Source: Mesotaenium endlicherianum (Eukaryota). Taken from it: a stretch of DNA of 64,000 bases. Below the pieces are notes generated by a model, which saw only the letters and a list, made by a program, of their open reading frames with translations, was not told the origin of the DNA and did not search any database. Position numbers and translations under genes: made by a program. Where the stretch lies: the NCBI GenBank assembly GCA_009602735.1, contig WELA01002258.1, forward strand, positions 140,746 through 204,745, in the 5' to 3' direction. Shown here one piece after another: positions 34,700 through 47,475 of this stretch. How positions within the stretch are numbered: position 1 is the first letter of the stretch; each line of letters starts with the position of its first letter.

Positions 34700-37600
34700 C
34701 TGCAGATAACGCCTCAACTTACTCTTACAATGAGTCAAGTTGGCCTCTGGCTCCCAAGTGTTGTCGTCCGCATGGTAGCCTTTTCACTTGACCAGATACT
34801 CTTGAACAAATCGTTGACCTCGCTTGACTCATCGATCGCCAACAATGGCCTCCACTTCATACTCCAATACATCATCGATCTCAACCGGTGGTGGCGGTGT
34901 AGGTAGTCGTCCTAGATGTCCTTCATTCGGGTCAACGTATGGCCGCAAACAATTGATATGGAATTATCATGGATACGCCAATGTGAAGGAAGCTCCAACT
35001 TGTAGGCCACTGGATTCACCTGCTTGAGCATCGAAAATGGACCTGTAAATCGTGCCCGCGATTTCCTCTTACCTGTGAAAGGTAGGTTCTCTGTTGACAA
35101 GAGTACTTTGTCACCCACATGGAATGTCACTTCCCTCCTATGCTTGTTAGCATGCTTAACCTGCTCTTCTTGTGCCTTCCGAATACACGTCTTTGCCATA
35201 TCCAAGTGTTGGCCATCTGCTCCATAAAAGCTTGTGTACTAGGAACCTGAGTCTCCTTGGCCTTCTCCACCAAGATGTTCCTTGGATGATATACTTCTCT
35301 CCCATAAACCATGGTGAATGGTGATTGCTTGGTCGATCCCTGCATGCTGTTGTTGTAGGCAAACTCCAATCTTGGCAGCTTCCTGTCCCACTCTGAAGGG
35401 TCTTCCATAGTGAAACTTCTGAGCACCTCTTGCAAAATTCTGTTGAGCCTCTCACTCTGCCCGCCCGTCTGAGGATAATAGGAAGTGCTCATACTCAGCT
35501 TGGTCCCCATCAAAGTAAACAATGACCGCCAGAAGTTGCTAGTAAACCTTGAATCCCGATCTGAAACAATCACCTTCGGCAACCCATGTAGCCTAAAAAT
35601 ATGATCAAAGAATAGCCGTGCCACATCTGCTGCCGTAGAAGTCTCCTTCATGGGAATGAAGTGAGCCATCTTGCTGAGCCGATCAGACACAACCCAAATT
35701 GCATTGTGCGCTTGACCACTCATTGGTAACGACGTGATGAAGTCATAGCAATCTGCTCCCAAGAATACTCTGGAATAGGTAGGGGTTGCAAGGTACCTCC
35801 CTTCTTTTGATTTAGTGTCTTGTTCCGCTGGCACGTATCGCAACTTCTGATCCACTCCTCAATGTGCTTGTCCATATTTCTCCAATAGTACTCCCGCTTC
35901 AGCACACTTGTCGTCTTCTCGCTTCCAAAGTGTCCAGCATATAAGCAATCATGATGCTCCGCAAGTAGTAGGTCGCGTAGCTCCTTGATGTCAGGTACCA
36001 CCACTGTAAGGTCATAGGTTTATAAAGTGCATTTTTGAGTTTTATGAAAGTATGTTTTGATTGACTAGTAGTGTAGAGTGCATTTTTGTGATCATTTTGA
36101 TATAAAGTTCATCAAACTTGGTCAACTATTGAGAGAGTTATGGATTTCCAAAGTTTAATAAGTTTTGAGGTCGGTTGACGACTGTCCTTAATTCGCGGTG
36201 AGCGCGACCGTCGGATTGACCGACAGCGTCGAGCGATCTGGCCCGTTAGAATGGACTCGAACCTTCACGTAAGTTCGGCTGACGCGGAGTGCCGGCTAGG
36301 TCGATTCACCAAGAAGTTTCGGTTTAGCCTAGCGCGTCTAAGATAGAATATTCTAGTAATGTCGATGCATGTATGTGGACGTCAATTTGGCCCGACATGT
36401 CAGATTAGATTGATCTGGCTTACTCACAAATATTTTGGAAGGGACGATTTGACAAACACTTAGGAAAATCCGCAGCTTCCTCCTAGAGAGGAGCACTTAG
36501 GCAGAAAATTATGAATAGGCATAACTTCTTTGTTTCTTATCAATTTTCACTTCTGTAAATTTATACGGGTTTGTAATGACAAGGCCTTTCATTCTACATC
36601 ATTTGTGAGCAGTTTCTTGCTATTCAAAATGTTGAGTATTTTTCCTATGCTTTGTTAGTGATATGCCACTGCACTCTCTAGTATGATTGCAACTAGTTCC
36701 TTTCCTCGTGAGTTACTACGCTTCCACTAGGGCACTCTGCCCCTTTCAACCACTCTCTTGGAATCACCATAACACTATATGCCGTCCTTCTTCTACATAC
36801 TCGAGTTGGACTCAGCTGCTCCACCACTAGCAAATTTTGGGTCTTTCTCAGAACCTCTCTGATACTTCTCCTTGAAGTCCACACTCTCCTTGATGACTGA
36901 GACAGCTGCAAGGTCACACCTCTTGGATAAAGCGTCTGCAGGGTTGATCATCCCAGGTAAGTACTCAATCTTGTGGTCGAACTATTGCAGAAACTCCAAC
37001 CATCTTGCCTGTCTTGGTGTCAACGTTGGCTGCATCATAAACTTCTTCAAGCTCTTGTGGTTGGTCTTGATGAACACCTTCCGGCCGTCCACATAAATCG
37101 CCAAATCCTCAAAGCCTGGATGATAGCCAACATCACCCGCTCGTGTGCTGCATAATTCTGCTCAACAGGACTCAACTCCCTGCTCTCATATGCCACAGGT
37201 TGTAATCCCTTGCCTTGGTCTTGGAGAAGAATGACTCCCACTGCTAAGTTTGATGCGTCCGTGATGATGGTGAAAGGAAGCTCTAGACTGGCAGTTGCCA
37301 ACACAGGTGCTTGTGTCAACAACTCCTTAATGTTCTCCAACACCTGCTGCTCATTGTCACCACATAGCCACTTCTCCTACTTCTTCAACATGTCCGTGAG
37401 CGGTACACACACCTTGGCAAATCCTTCATTGAAACGTCAATAATAAATCGCCATGCCAAGGAAACTCCTGAGTTGATGAATATCAGCAGGTAGCAGCCAA
37501 TCTCTGACTGCTGGCACCTTCTCCTGCTCCACCTTGACTCCTTCAGCTCCCACTATGTGCCCAAGAAACTCAACCTCCTTGAGACAGAACTCGCACTTGC

Positions 37601-39015
37601 TCATTTTCCCATATAACTTCTGATCTCTCAAGACCTCCAACACCTTCCTCAGATGCTCCACATGCTCTTCCAAGGACTTCAAATAGATCAGGATGTTGTC
37701 CAAAAATACCACCACAAACTGGTCCAAATAGGGTTTGAAAATACTATTCATGAGTCCCATGAATGTAGCAGGTGCATTAGTCAGCCCAAAAGGCATGACT
37801 GTGAACTCAAATAAACCATAGCGAGTCCTGAAGAAGTCTTCTGAACATCTCCTTCCGCAATCTGTACCTGGTGATAGCCACTCCTCAAATTGATCTTTGA
37901 GAATTACTTTGCTCCAACAAGCCTGACAATCAACTCGTCCACTCGTGGAAGTGGGTACCTGTTCTTGATGGTGACCTTGTTGAGTGCCCGGTAGTCCACA
38001 CACATCCTCATAGTCCCATCCTTCTTCTTCACAAATAAGAATGGCGCTGCAAATGGAGACTCGCTGGGTCGGATGAATCCTTTTTCCAATAACTCTGTCA
38101 TCTGCTTCTTTAACTCATCCAACTCCGCAAACGATTGACGATAGGCGGATTTCACTGGTGGCTTGCTCCCTGGTTCCAACCCAATCTTATGCTCCATAGC
38201 TCTCTGTGGAGGTAATCTTGCAGGTAGCTCCTCAGGAAAAACGCACTTGAACTCCTCCAACAACGCCTTAATTTGGACAGGCATCTCAGCAGGCTTCTTC
38301 TCTTGAGCAGTTGGGCTCTGCTCCTTCTGTGCAAGGGGATCACACACCACTACTTGCTCCTCCGGCAATATACATTGGCCGAGGCTGTTAGGATTCACGC
38401 TTGCTCCATCTGATGACCTGGCGAGGGCCACCAAAACAAGGTACATCTCCTTCACCTGATTTGTCCTGCATAGCTTCTCAACTTGCAGGCTCAACAGAAG
38501 ACAGTTACTTGTGGTCGTGTCTACCTCCACCTGTTTTGCTGTCTCCATTTGACCATCACGCCCTTGGACCTTCACTTGTCCCCGTGCTCCAGTGCACTTC
38601 AGGGTTGGCTTTTCTTAGCCATGCTCGGCCCAATATCACCTCATGATGACCCAACTCTGCATGCTCCATAACTTCCTTACTCCGGTGGCCCGCTACTTCC
38701 ACGTGAATAGCTTCCGTAGGTGCACCACACTTGAGACTCTGCCCATTCGCCAAAATTGCCTCCTTAGGCTCATAATGTTTATGCACAGGGATTCGCCACT
38801 CTTTCACCAGCTTCTTGTGCACAAAGTTTGCACTTGCGCCACTGTTGACCATACACTTCGCCTTGTTGCCGTCGACTACTCCTTCCACGATGATAGGCTT
38901 GTCAACGTCTCGTCCTTTGCTTCTCGGCAGGCTTCTGGGGATAACCTCCTTGTGAGTTTCCTTCTTCACGCCAGTAGACACCCCAGAACGACTTACTGGC
39001 GTCCTCCTTTTTCCT
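34700..39015 (-). pseudogene. pol: pol of element C
   Basis: PR (MVNSGASANF), RT ([19 protein letters not shown]), RH (TDASNLAVG), IN (GHFG..CDTCQRNK, VSDRD); frameshifts and stops. Confidence 0.9.
36005..36748 (+). mobile_element. Solo LTR, family C, inserted antisense into element C pol
   Basis: TGTAAGG...CCTTTCA termini; TSD ACCAC at 36000-36004 and 36749-36753. Confidence 0.94.
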
Positions 39016-40492
39016 GTTGCTGAGGTTGCTTCGCCTTCACACGACAGTCTTGAGCCAGATGTCCAAGCTTGCCGCAATTATAGCAGGGTCCTCTCGGCTT
39101 GTAATTTTGTTGCCTGCGCTGGTTTTGGACAAGTCCCAACTCCATAGGTACTGGACCTTGACCACTTGTGCTTGGCACTTGAGAACCAAACTGTCAATGT
39201 TCTCAAAAGTTGTGGCTGCCTGTAGTGAAACAGATAGATAAAGTACTTAGTAAAACAGAATACTTTATCTATTCAAGACAAGGATCTTTGAACACAAGTG
39301 GTAGCTTCTTGAAAGAGAGATGGCTTCTTGAAAGTTAATATATTTCTGGATTTTGGCAAGTACAAGAGTGATTCTGGAATGTCTTTCTATGTTCTAGCTC
39401 TTGTTTATATACTTGCTACATAAGTAATTTCTAGGAAGGTGTATGTTGATGTGTTGGCACCCAACACATCCCAAAACTTGCCACCTCTTTCTAGAATAAT
39501 GTACACATGTCCTTTTGACCTAAAAATGGCACATCTGACTTTTGCCACATGGAGTTCTTCTAGGTCTTTCCTCTAACTTCGAAAATGCCTTGGAAGGTTC
39601 AAAGGACATGAACCAAGTTACTAGAGTACCTATTCACACTTGACTCCACACCATACTACTTCAAATATATTTGAAAACATTAAAATATATGCAAACTAAT
39701 GTATAATAACTCAAATCACTACATCACCCCCCCCATAGAAAAAGCGACGTCTCGGCGCGTCAAGTTAGGTCGTACACATGTGGAGCAAACTAGTCAACAG
39801 TTTCAAGTCAGATGCCACACATGTAAAGAGGACTAGTCAAAAGCGCCAAGTCAGGTGCTACACATGTAAGGTAGACTAGGCAATGTCGTAGGTGGTGTGA
39901 CCTTATTGGCTAGCCTACTCCTTAATGATAAAGAAAATTGTACAAGTTGGCCAAAAATCTGGCACAAATTCAAAAATTCATAGCGGCCACAGAACTGCTC
40001 CAAATCTGAAAATTGGAGTGCCAGACGGACCGCGTCAGAGAACTCTACCGGGTCACCAAATTTGAGAGCATTCTCATTTCTGGAGTGTCGTTGAGAGCTG
40101 AGAGAGTAGGCACTCCTCCAAATCTGTGCAGAAACTTCTGAAAATCATAAGTCCTTCTATACTTCTCCAACTTCTGCAAACTAAGTCTCAAACTGGGCGT
40201 TGTAAGATGTTCTACCAGAGTCTTGAGTTTCAGAGCATTCCAAGTTCAGGGGAAGGCACAATGTCAGAAGGCATATTCTGTCCTAACAATGCCAGCAGCC
40301 TGACCCCCTTCTACTTAGAGCATCATATCTCTCTCACCAGTGCTCCAAATTGAGCAAACTTGGACTCTAAATGACCGGCTACTCATGGACTACAGCCAGG
40401 TAAATTTTCAGAATTTATTATGCAGAGACCTATTACCAGTAGCAGTTTTAGTTTTCTGTCCAGAAACTGCGAGAAGAGAAGAGTGTCTAATG

Positions 40493-43400
40493 TCAATTTT
40501 TCCTCTTTCTTGTTCTTGCAGGCTGCCTCCAAGGGGTCTTCTGCTGCTTCTTGATGGTGGCAGGCTGCCTCCCTGAAGTCTTCGGGCTTCTAGTAGAGAG
40601 ACTTGGGGCTGGTCCAAGATGGGGGTTGGCGGCATGGAAGCGCTTCAACTTTCTCTGAACTTTGTCAAGGTAGTGCGCCGCCACCCAACTATTCTCCGAA
40701 TCTGGATATCCTTTCCACTTGATCAAGTATTGCTGCTGTCTCCTGAAATTTCTCATAGCCACTATGTCTTCCACTTCGTACTCCAAATGATCATCCACTA
40801 TTGTTGGGGCTGGTGGGGTTGTCACACGTCCTGGGAACTTGTTGTCGGGTTGCACATATGGCTTGAAGAGGGAAGCGTGGAATACGGGGTCGATGTGCAT
40901 AGTCTGGGGAAGTTCTAGCTTGAAAGCAACGGGGTTGACTTGCTGGATAATCTTGAAGGGTCCCAAATACTTGGGAGAGAACTTGCTGCCGGCAGGCCTG
41001 TTGTTCAGGGAAATGTTCTTGGATGATAGTAACACGTTGTCACCCACTCTGTACGTAATTTCTCTTCTGGATCTGTTCGCCACTCTTGCTTGAGCATCTT
41101 GCGCGTGTTGTAGAGCTTTCTTCGCTGCTGTAAGGGCTGCTTCTAATGTCTCCATAAAATCTGTGGCTGCAGGTACTTCATCATGGCCAGCCGTGAAGCT
41201 CAGTGGCGTGGTCGGATGGAAGCCATAGTTGAGGAAGAATGGGGACTCTTGGGTAGAGGCCTGCGTAGTGTTGTTGTAGGCAAACTCGAGGGGGGTCAAG
41301 TACATGTCCCAGTCTTGCTCGAGGGTAGACACGTAGGCCTTTAGAGAGGTCTTTAGGGTACGATTCATACGCTCGGTTTGCCCATCTGATTGTGGGTGGT
41401 AGGCAGTAGACATATCCAGCGATGTACCCAAGTTCTTGAAGAGATTTTTCCAGAAATGGCTTGTGAATCTTGGATCTCTATCTGACACAATTCTTGATGG
41501 TAGTCCATGGAGTCGGAAGATGTTGTCAAAGATGAGTCTTGCAAGTTGTGGTGCTGTAGCCTTAGTCGTCGTGGGAATAAAATGAGCCATCTTGGTAAGT
41601 CTGTCCACCGCCGTGAGTATTGCATTATGGCCTCGAGGTGTCACGGGCAAGTCCACGATAAGGTCCATTGAGATGTCCGTCCATTGTCTTTCGGGGATTG
41701 GTAGTGGTTGGAGGAGTCCTCCCGCCTTTTGCGATGATGGCTTGATTCTTTGGCATGTGTCACAGCTCCTGCAGTACTCCTTGACTTGCTTAGACATGCC
41801 TGGCCAACAATAAGTCCTAGCTAGAACGCCCGTGGTCCTTAGGATTCCAAAGTGTCCTCCAAGAGGGTTGTCGTGTGCTTCTCGTAGAAGCAAGAGCCGG
41901 AGGTCTAAGTCATTAGGAACACATCTCTGGCCCGTATCTTGCCTCACCCAATAATTGCCTTCTTGCTTCTTGCATGGGTCCAAGGCTGCTTCTCCGTTCT
42001 TGTAGTAAGGGTCTCTTTCATAGGCGGCTGAAAATCGAGCTTCCAGATCTGTCTTCAGGGATACCATCACTGCATTTAATTGCAGTCTTGAGAGGGGGTC
42101 AGCCGGGTTTGTCTTGCCGGGCTGGTACTGAATCGTGATGTTGTATTGTTGCAAGTATCCGCTCCATCTTGCTTGTCTCCTTGAGAGATACGGCTGCGTT
42201 TGGAGGTGCTTTAACGCCTCGTGGTCCGTGGTGACCAGTACTTTGCGTCCTTCAACGTAGCAGCGCCAAACCTTCAAGGCATGTACAATCGCCAATGCCT
42301 CTCGCTCCGTGGTTGTATAATTTTGCTCGGCTGGATTTAGCTTCCTTGACTCGTAGGCGATGGGCTGCAGTCCCTTGCCTTGGTCTTGAAGCAGGATTGC
42401 TCCTATTGCATAGGAAGATGCATCGGTGATGACGTGGAAGGGCCAATCTGGGTTTGGACTTGGGAGTGTGAGCACCGGGGATGTGGTCAATCTTCGCTTT
42501 AACTCTTGAAATGCCTCTTCCTCTTTCTCGGTCCATGTATATAGCCTGTCCTTCTTGAGTAGATCTGTCAGGGGGGCTGCTATGTGCGAGAAGCCTTGGA
42601 TGAATTTTCTGTACCAATTGGCAAATCCCAAGAATGACTGGAGTTCTTTCTTGGTCGTGGGGGTTGGCCATTCCTCCACCACCGTGGTCTTCTTGGGGTC
42701 TATCTTGATGCCATCAGCAGTCACGTGGAGACCTAGGAACTCCACTTCTTGTTTGGCAAACTCGCATTTTGACTCCTTCGCAAACAGCTTGTTTTGCTTC
42801 AATACTTCAAGGACTTCTTTCAAGTGTCTCGCATGCTCTTCAAGGGTCTTGCTGTAGATAAGGATGTCATCGATGAATACCACCACAAATCTGTCCAACA
42901 TGGGCTGAAATATGGTGTTCATCATAGTCATGAAAGTTGCTGGCGCGTTGGTGAGTCCAAATGGCAGGACCATGAACTCAAAATGTCCATATCTTGTCCT
43001 GAATGCCGTCTTCTCTATGTCCGGTTCTGCGATGCGAATCTGGTGGTAGCCGCTCCGTAAGTCAATCTTCGTGAAGTACTTGGCTCCAACCAGCCGGTCC
43101 ATGAGCTCATCCATGCGCGGCAGCGGGTATCGATTCTTGATGGTGATCTTGTTGAGGGCGCGATAGTCCACACACATCCTCAAGGTACCATCTTTCTTCT
43201 TGACAAATAGCACCGGGGCTCCAAATGGCGACTTGCTAGGTCGAATGAAGCCATGCTCCAGTAGCTCCTTGATTTGCTTCTTGACTTCGTCTAGCTCCGT
43301 GTATGACATTTTGAACGTAGGCCGAGAGATGGGCTTGCTTCCGGGCTCCAACTCTATCTTGTGGTCTACGAATCTTTTGGGGGGTAGGCCCTTGGGCAAT

Positions 43401-44158
43401 TCCGGGGAGAACACTTCTTTGTAGTCCTCTAAGACTTCTTGTATCTCCTTGGGAACGGGGCTGCCTTCTTGACTCTCGATGTCTTTCTTGATGTCTTTTG
43501 GCGTGATCAAGGCCAAAAGAAGCTCGTGTCCCTTCCTCACAAGTCTCTTGAGTTGGAGGGCGGACAATAGTATCTCGTGTGCCGGCTTCTGGATGTCTTG
43601 GGTCTGGATATTCTGGATTGCGCGCAAAATACAGATTCTTGAAGTGATGTCATTCTTGATCTTGATAGTACCGGTCCTCCAATCAACTTGGGGGTTGTGC
43701 TTGGTCAACCAAGGCGTCCCTAGGATGACGTCGTACTTGCCCAATTGCATGGGGGAGAACACTACTCTATCCTTGAAGGACTTGATAGAGAGTGCCAAGG
43801 GGTACGTCTTCTTGGAAGGGGTAGTATAGGAGAATCCATCGGGCATCATAATCTCCTCGTCGTGGTCAAGAGTTCGCATAGTAATACCGTGCTTGGTGGC
43901 AAAATCTGCAGCAATGAAGTTGCCTTGAGCTCCGCTATCCACCAAGATGTGGACCTTCTCTCCTCCAAGGTAACCTCTCAAACTCATTGGGGCTGGAACG
44001 TCGTCTTCAACGGGGGTCTCCACCTCACTTGGCGTGTTGCCTTCTCGTGAAGTGGGTCTTGGGGTGGTAGGCTCCTGGCCTACCGGCGCTGTCCGTTTTT
44101 TGACAACTTTTTGGGGCATGAAAGTGCACGATGGCCCTTTTCCTTGCAATAAAAGCAT
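40493..44158 (-). CDS. pol: Pol polyprotein of B1 (PR-RT-RH-IN-chromodomain), in the -1 frame relative to gag
   Basis: [41 protein letters not shown], and chromodomain [19 protein letters not shown]; uninterrupted 1221 codons. Confidence 0.96.
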   Translation of the reverse strand: MLLLQGKGPSCTFMPQKVVKKRTAPVGQEPTTPRPTSREGNTPSEVETPVEDDVPAPMSLRGYLGGEKVHILVDSGAQGNFIAADFATKHGITMRTLDHDEEIMMPDGFSYTTPSKKTYPLALSIKSFKDRVVFSPMQLGKYDVILGTPWLTKHNPQVDWRTGTIKIKNDITSRICILRAIQNIQTQDIQKPAHEILLSALQLKRLVRKGHELLLALITPKDIKKDIESQEGSPVPKEIQEVLEDYKEVFSPELPKGLPPKRFVDHKIELEPGSKPISRPTFKMSYTELDEVKKQIKELLEHGFIRPSKSPFGAPVLFVKKKDGTLRMCVDYRALNKITIKNRYPLPRMDELMDRLVGAKYFTKIDLRSGYHQIRIAEPDIEKTAFRTRYGHFEFMVLPFGLTNAPATFMTMMNTIFQPMLDRFVVVFIDDILIYSKTLEEHARHLKEVLEVLKQNKLFAKESKCEFAKQEVEFLGLHVTADGIKIDPKKTTVVEEWPTPTTKKELQSFLGFANWYRKFIQGFSHIAAPLTDLLKKDRLYTWTEKEEEAFQELKRRLTTSPVLTLPSPNPDWPFHVITDASSYAIGAILLQDQGKGLQPIAYESRKLNPAEQNYTTTEREALAIVHALKVWRCYVEGRKVLVTTDHEALKHLQTQPYLSRRQARWSGYLQQYNITIQYQPGKTNPADPLSRLQLNAVMVSLKTDLEARFSAAYERDPYYKNGEAALDPCKKQEGNYWVRQDTGQRCVPNDLDLRLLLLREAHDNPLGGHFGILRTTGVLARTYCWPGMSKQVKEYCRSCDTCQRIKPSSQKAGGLLQPLPIPERQWTDISMDLIVDLPVTPRGHNAILTAVDRLTKMAHFIPTTTKATAPQLARLIFDNIFRLHGLPSRIVSDRDPRFTSHFWKNLFKNLGTSLDMSTAYHPQSDGQTERMNRTLKTSLKAYVSTLEQDWDMYLTPLEFAYNNTTQASTQESPFFLNYGFHPTTPLSFTAGHDEVPAATDFMETLEAALTAAKKALQHAQDAQARVANRSRREITYRVGDNVLLSSKNISLNNRPAGSKFSPKYLGPFKIIQQVNPVAFKLELPQTMHIDPVFHASLFKPYVQPDNKFPGRVTTPPAPTIVDDHLEYEVEDIVAMRNFRRQQQYLIKWKGYPDSENSWVAAHYLDKVQRKLKRFHAANPHLGPAPSLSTRSPKTSGRQPATIKKQQKTPWRQPARTRKRKN

Positions 44159-45360
44159 AGTCCAGCCGTCATGAGAGCTTCTTTTTCAGCCGGGGAGAGT
44201 CTTGCTTTCACTCCTTGCTGGTTTCTTGCATCATAAGTGTCATTGGAGGGTCTTCCACTCTTCCGGGCAGCCGCGGGGTCCCTTTTAATAACTCCGATTT
44301 CCATGGGTGTGGGTCCAGATTCGGATGTGGAAGGGGCTGCGTACACCCGCGTCGTCGGTACCCGTGAAGATGAAGGCACGGAGTGCTTGAAATCCAAGGT
44401 ATCCACCTTTTGGGCCACTTCAATGATCTTTGAGAAGTCCGTCAAGTCGCGTAACTCCACTTCCTTTGCCACCTTGGGTTTGAGGCCAAAGATGTAGCGG
44501 TCAATCTTCTCCTCGAGAGACATGTTGGGGATCTCAAGAGTGAGGGCGTGAAATCTGGATGTATACTCTTGAACGGACGTCGTTTGCTTGAGATGGTGGA
44601 GCTTTCCTCGGGCAATCTTCTCCGCATTGATGGGCATGAATTGCTTCTTGAGGGCCTCACGAAAATCTGCCCATCTTGCATATGATGGTGGGGGCTCTTG
44701 GCCGAGCATGGGGTGCGCCATAGCTTGATATATAGCCGCTTGATAGTTACGCCACCATGATGTTGCTGCTCCTCTAAGTAAGGTAACGGCAAAGGGAACG
44801 TAGTCCTCCTCGGGTACTTCAAGGAATGCGAGGTACGTCTCCACTTGGTAGAGCCATAAATTCAGGTTGGCACCTTTCCCGGGGTTGAAAGTGTCGGGTT
44901 TGCCGGGCTTGATGAGTTTCCTTGCTCTCGTTGGCTCTTGTGGAGGCGCTTGAGCCGGGGCTGGATTTTGAGCATTGCTCGCAATAGGGGCAACCATGGC
45001 AGCCATAGCTTCTCTTGACGCTTGCACGGTTGCTTCATAGGTGGCCAAGCCCACTTGGTTGTGGACGGTCATTAGGAAGGCTGCCCACTCATTTGCGGGA
45101 ACTCCTTGTGGTGGGGTCAACTTTGCTATAGCGGCTGCCACGGGATTTGACGGTGCTCCTCCTTGTGGTGCTTCTTGTTGTTGGAGATTTCCTTGAGTAG
45201 GCTCTCCCATCGACGCTGGAGGAGGGTGTGCTCCTCCTTGTGGTGCTTCTTGTTGTTGCAGATTTTCTTGAGTGGGCTCTCCCATCGGCGCTGGAGGAGG
45301 GTGTCTTGGAGAGGAAGGGCTTCCTTCGAAAGCTTGCTGTTGGTCTTGAGGATCGGCCAT
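44080..45360 (-). CDS. gag: Gag of B1 (426 aa)
   Basis: [41 protein letters not shown]; begins ~25 nt after the PBS. Confidence 0.95.
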   Translation of the reverse strand: MADPQDQQQAFEGSPSSPRHPPPAPMGEPTQENLQQQEAPQGGAHPPPASMGEPTQGNLQQQEAPQGGAPSNPVAAAIAKLTPPQGVPANEWAAFLMTVHNQVGLATYEATVQASREAMAAMVAPIASNAQNPAPAQAPPQEPTRARKLIKPGKPDTFNPGKGANLNLWLYQVETYLAFLEVPEEDYVPFAVTLLRGAATSWWRNYQAAIYQAMAHPMLGQEPPPSYARWADFREALKKQFMPINAEKIARGKLHHLKQTTSVQEYTSRFHALTLEIPNMSLEEKIDRYIFGLKPKVAKEVELRDLTDFSKIIEVAQKVDTLDFKHSVPSSSRVPTTRVYAAPSTSESGPTPMEIGVIKRDPAAARKSGRPSNDTYDARNQQGVKARLSPAEKEALMTAGLCFYCKEKGHRALSCPKKLSKNGQRR

Positions 45361-47475
45361 CTTCTTGTGCTACCAAAGTGCCTAGCTCCGATACCACTGT
45401 AGTGAAACAGATAGATAAAGTACTTAGTAAAACAGAATACTTTATCTATTCAAGACAAGGATCTTTGAACACAAGTGGTAGCTTCTTGAAAGAGAGATGG
45501 CTTCTTGAAAGTTAATATATTTCTGGATTTTGGCAAGTACAAGAGTGATTCTGGAATGTCTTTCTATGTTCTAGCTCTTGTTTATATACTTGCTACATAA
45601 GTAATTTCTAGGAAGGTGTATGTTGATGTGTTGGCACCCAACACATCCCAAAACTTGCCACCTCTTTCTAGAATAATGTACACATGTCCTTTTGACCTAA
45701 AAATGGCACATCTGACTTTTGCCACATGGAGTTTTTCTAGGTCTTTCCTCTAACTTCGAAAATGCCTTGGAAGGTTCAAAGGACATGAACCAAGTTACTA
45801 GAGTACCTATTCACACTTGACTCCACACCATACTACTTCAAATATATTTGAAAACATTAAAATATATGCAAACTAATGTATAATAACTCAAATCACTACA
45901 CTGCCCCACTGCCTCTGACTATACTCCACAGCGTCGACCCTGGTTGCCAATGTCATCATTTCTCCAACACTGGTAGGGTCCTTGAGCGCCACTTCCTTGG
46001 CCACTGTTGGCTTGAGTCCCCTCTTGAACTTGTCCATCATCTCCGACTCGTGCATGGATGGACATTGAAGCACCAGCTCGTTGAAGCGCGATATATACTC
46101 TTGAATGCTTCCTCGTTGACGAAGGCGCACCAATAGATCTCGAGCGGTAGCCTCGGGTGCAATAGGTTAAAATTGCCTCTTCAAGCCTTCAAATAGCTGA
46201 TCAACAGTAGCAGGAACTCCAAACAGCTGCTCTTCTAAGCTCCAGCACTCTTCTTCAACAAAGTAATCACAAAGGCGACTTGCCTGTCGGGTGTGCGCGC
46301 AGAATACTCCATAAATTTCTTTACTCCAAAAATCCATTGATGAACAGGCGGCGTTCCACGCTCTCCAGCATACACTTCAGGCTTAGGTGCACGCACTCCG
46401 GATGCGGGTGGAACAACTGGTTGCACCACTGGTTGAACATGGATAGGAAGCATAGCAGGTGCAGGTGCCGAACTCGTTGAAGCGGCGTTCCAACCACAGC
46501 TCGCACCATTCTCTCCCCCTCTCGACGCATATTTTGTTGAAATTGTGTATAGACTTCTCCTCCAATTGCGTTTGCCATCTGCCTCCACACCGCCTGCATC
46601 TCTTGTTGCACCCTTGACAAAGGTGGTGCTGTCTGCTCCACGCAATCAACATGCTCGACATGTTCGCCTCCTCGTGTTGCCGACTGCGACTCCATAATAT
46701 AATATGCAAACTAGCCCAGCTCCGATACGAGATAAAAGGGGCAGAGTGCCCTAGTGGAAGCGTTTTGACTCACGAGGAAAAGAACTACTTGCAATCATAC
46801 TAAAGAGTGCAGCGGCATATCACTAAGAAAGCTTAGGAAAATTACTCAGCATTTTGAGTAGCAAGAAAGTGCTTACAAATGGACTAGGTTGAAAGGCCTT
46901 GTCATTACAAACTCGTAGAAATTTACAGAAGTGAAAACTGATAAGAAATGAAAAAATTATGTATATTTATAGTTTTTGCCTAAGTGCTCCTCTCTAGGAG
47001 GAAGCTACGGAATTTCCTAAGTGTTCGTCAATTCGTCCCTTCCTGAATATTTGTGAGTATGCCACCTCAGTCTCATTTGACGTGTTGGGTCGTCTTGACG
47101 TTCACATACATGTATCGAAATTACTAGAATATTTTATCTTAGGCGGGTTAGGCTAAATCGAAACTTCTAGGTGAATCGACCTCGTCAGCACTCCGCGTCA
47201 GCCGAACTTACGTGGAGGTTCGAGTTCACTCTAATGGGCCAGATGGCTCGACGCTGTCGGTCAATCCAACGATCGCACTCACCGCGAATTAAGGACAATC
47301 GTCAACCAACCTCAAAACTAATGAAACTTTGGAAATCCATAACTCTCTCAACACTTAACCAAATTTGATGAACTTTATAACAAAATGACCACAAACATGA
47401 ACTCTACATTACTATGCAATCAGAATATACTTTCAAGGAACTCAAAAATGCACTTTATAAAGTTATGACCTTACA

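Larger units (their letters stand above)
39221..45900 (-). mobile_element. Intact, very young chromovirus element B1 (6680 bp)
   Basis: 503-bp LTRs 39221-39723 and 45398-45900 with one mismatch found by eye; TSD CTGCC; PBS 45385-45396; G-rich PPT about 39724-39740; open gag and pol. Confidence 0.97.
38993..46695 (-). pseudogene. gag: gag of element C, split by element B1
   Basis: N-terminal part 45901-46695 (LRQRGSIQEYISRF); C-terminal part 38993-39220 (GPVPMELG, CYNCGKLGHLAQDC). Confidence 0.88.
33927..47475 (-). mobile_element. Ty3/Gypsy chromovirus element C (decayed), inserted at the A2 RT/RH boundary
   Basis: LTRs 33927-34661 and 46733-47475; TSD GCTGG/GTTGG; PPT after 34661; degenerate PBS about 46719-46730; chromodomain EYEVEAIV..YLVK*KGY..NTWEP near 34730-34870. 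Confidence 0.92.

Noticed and set aside
39760..39885. CRISPR-like repeat-spacer pattern
   Set aside because: Degenerate tandem units within a retrotransposon UTR in a eukaryotic context, with no cas genes.
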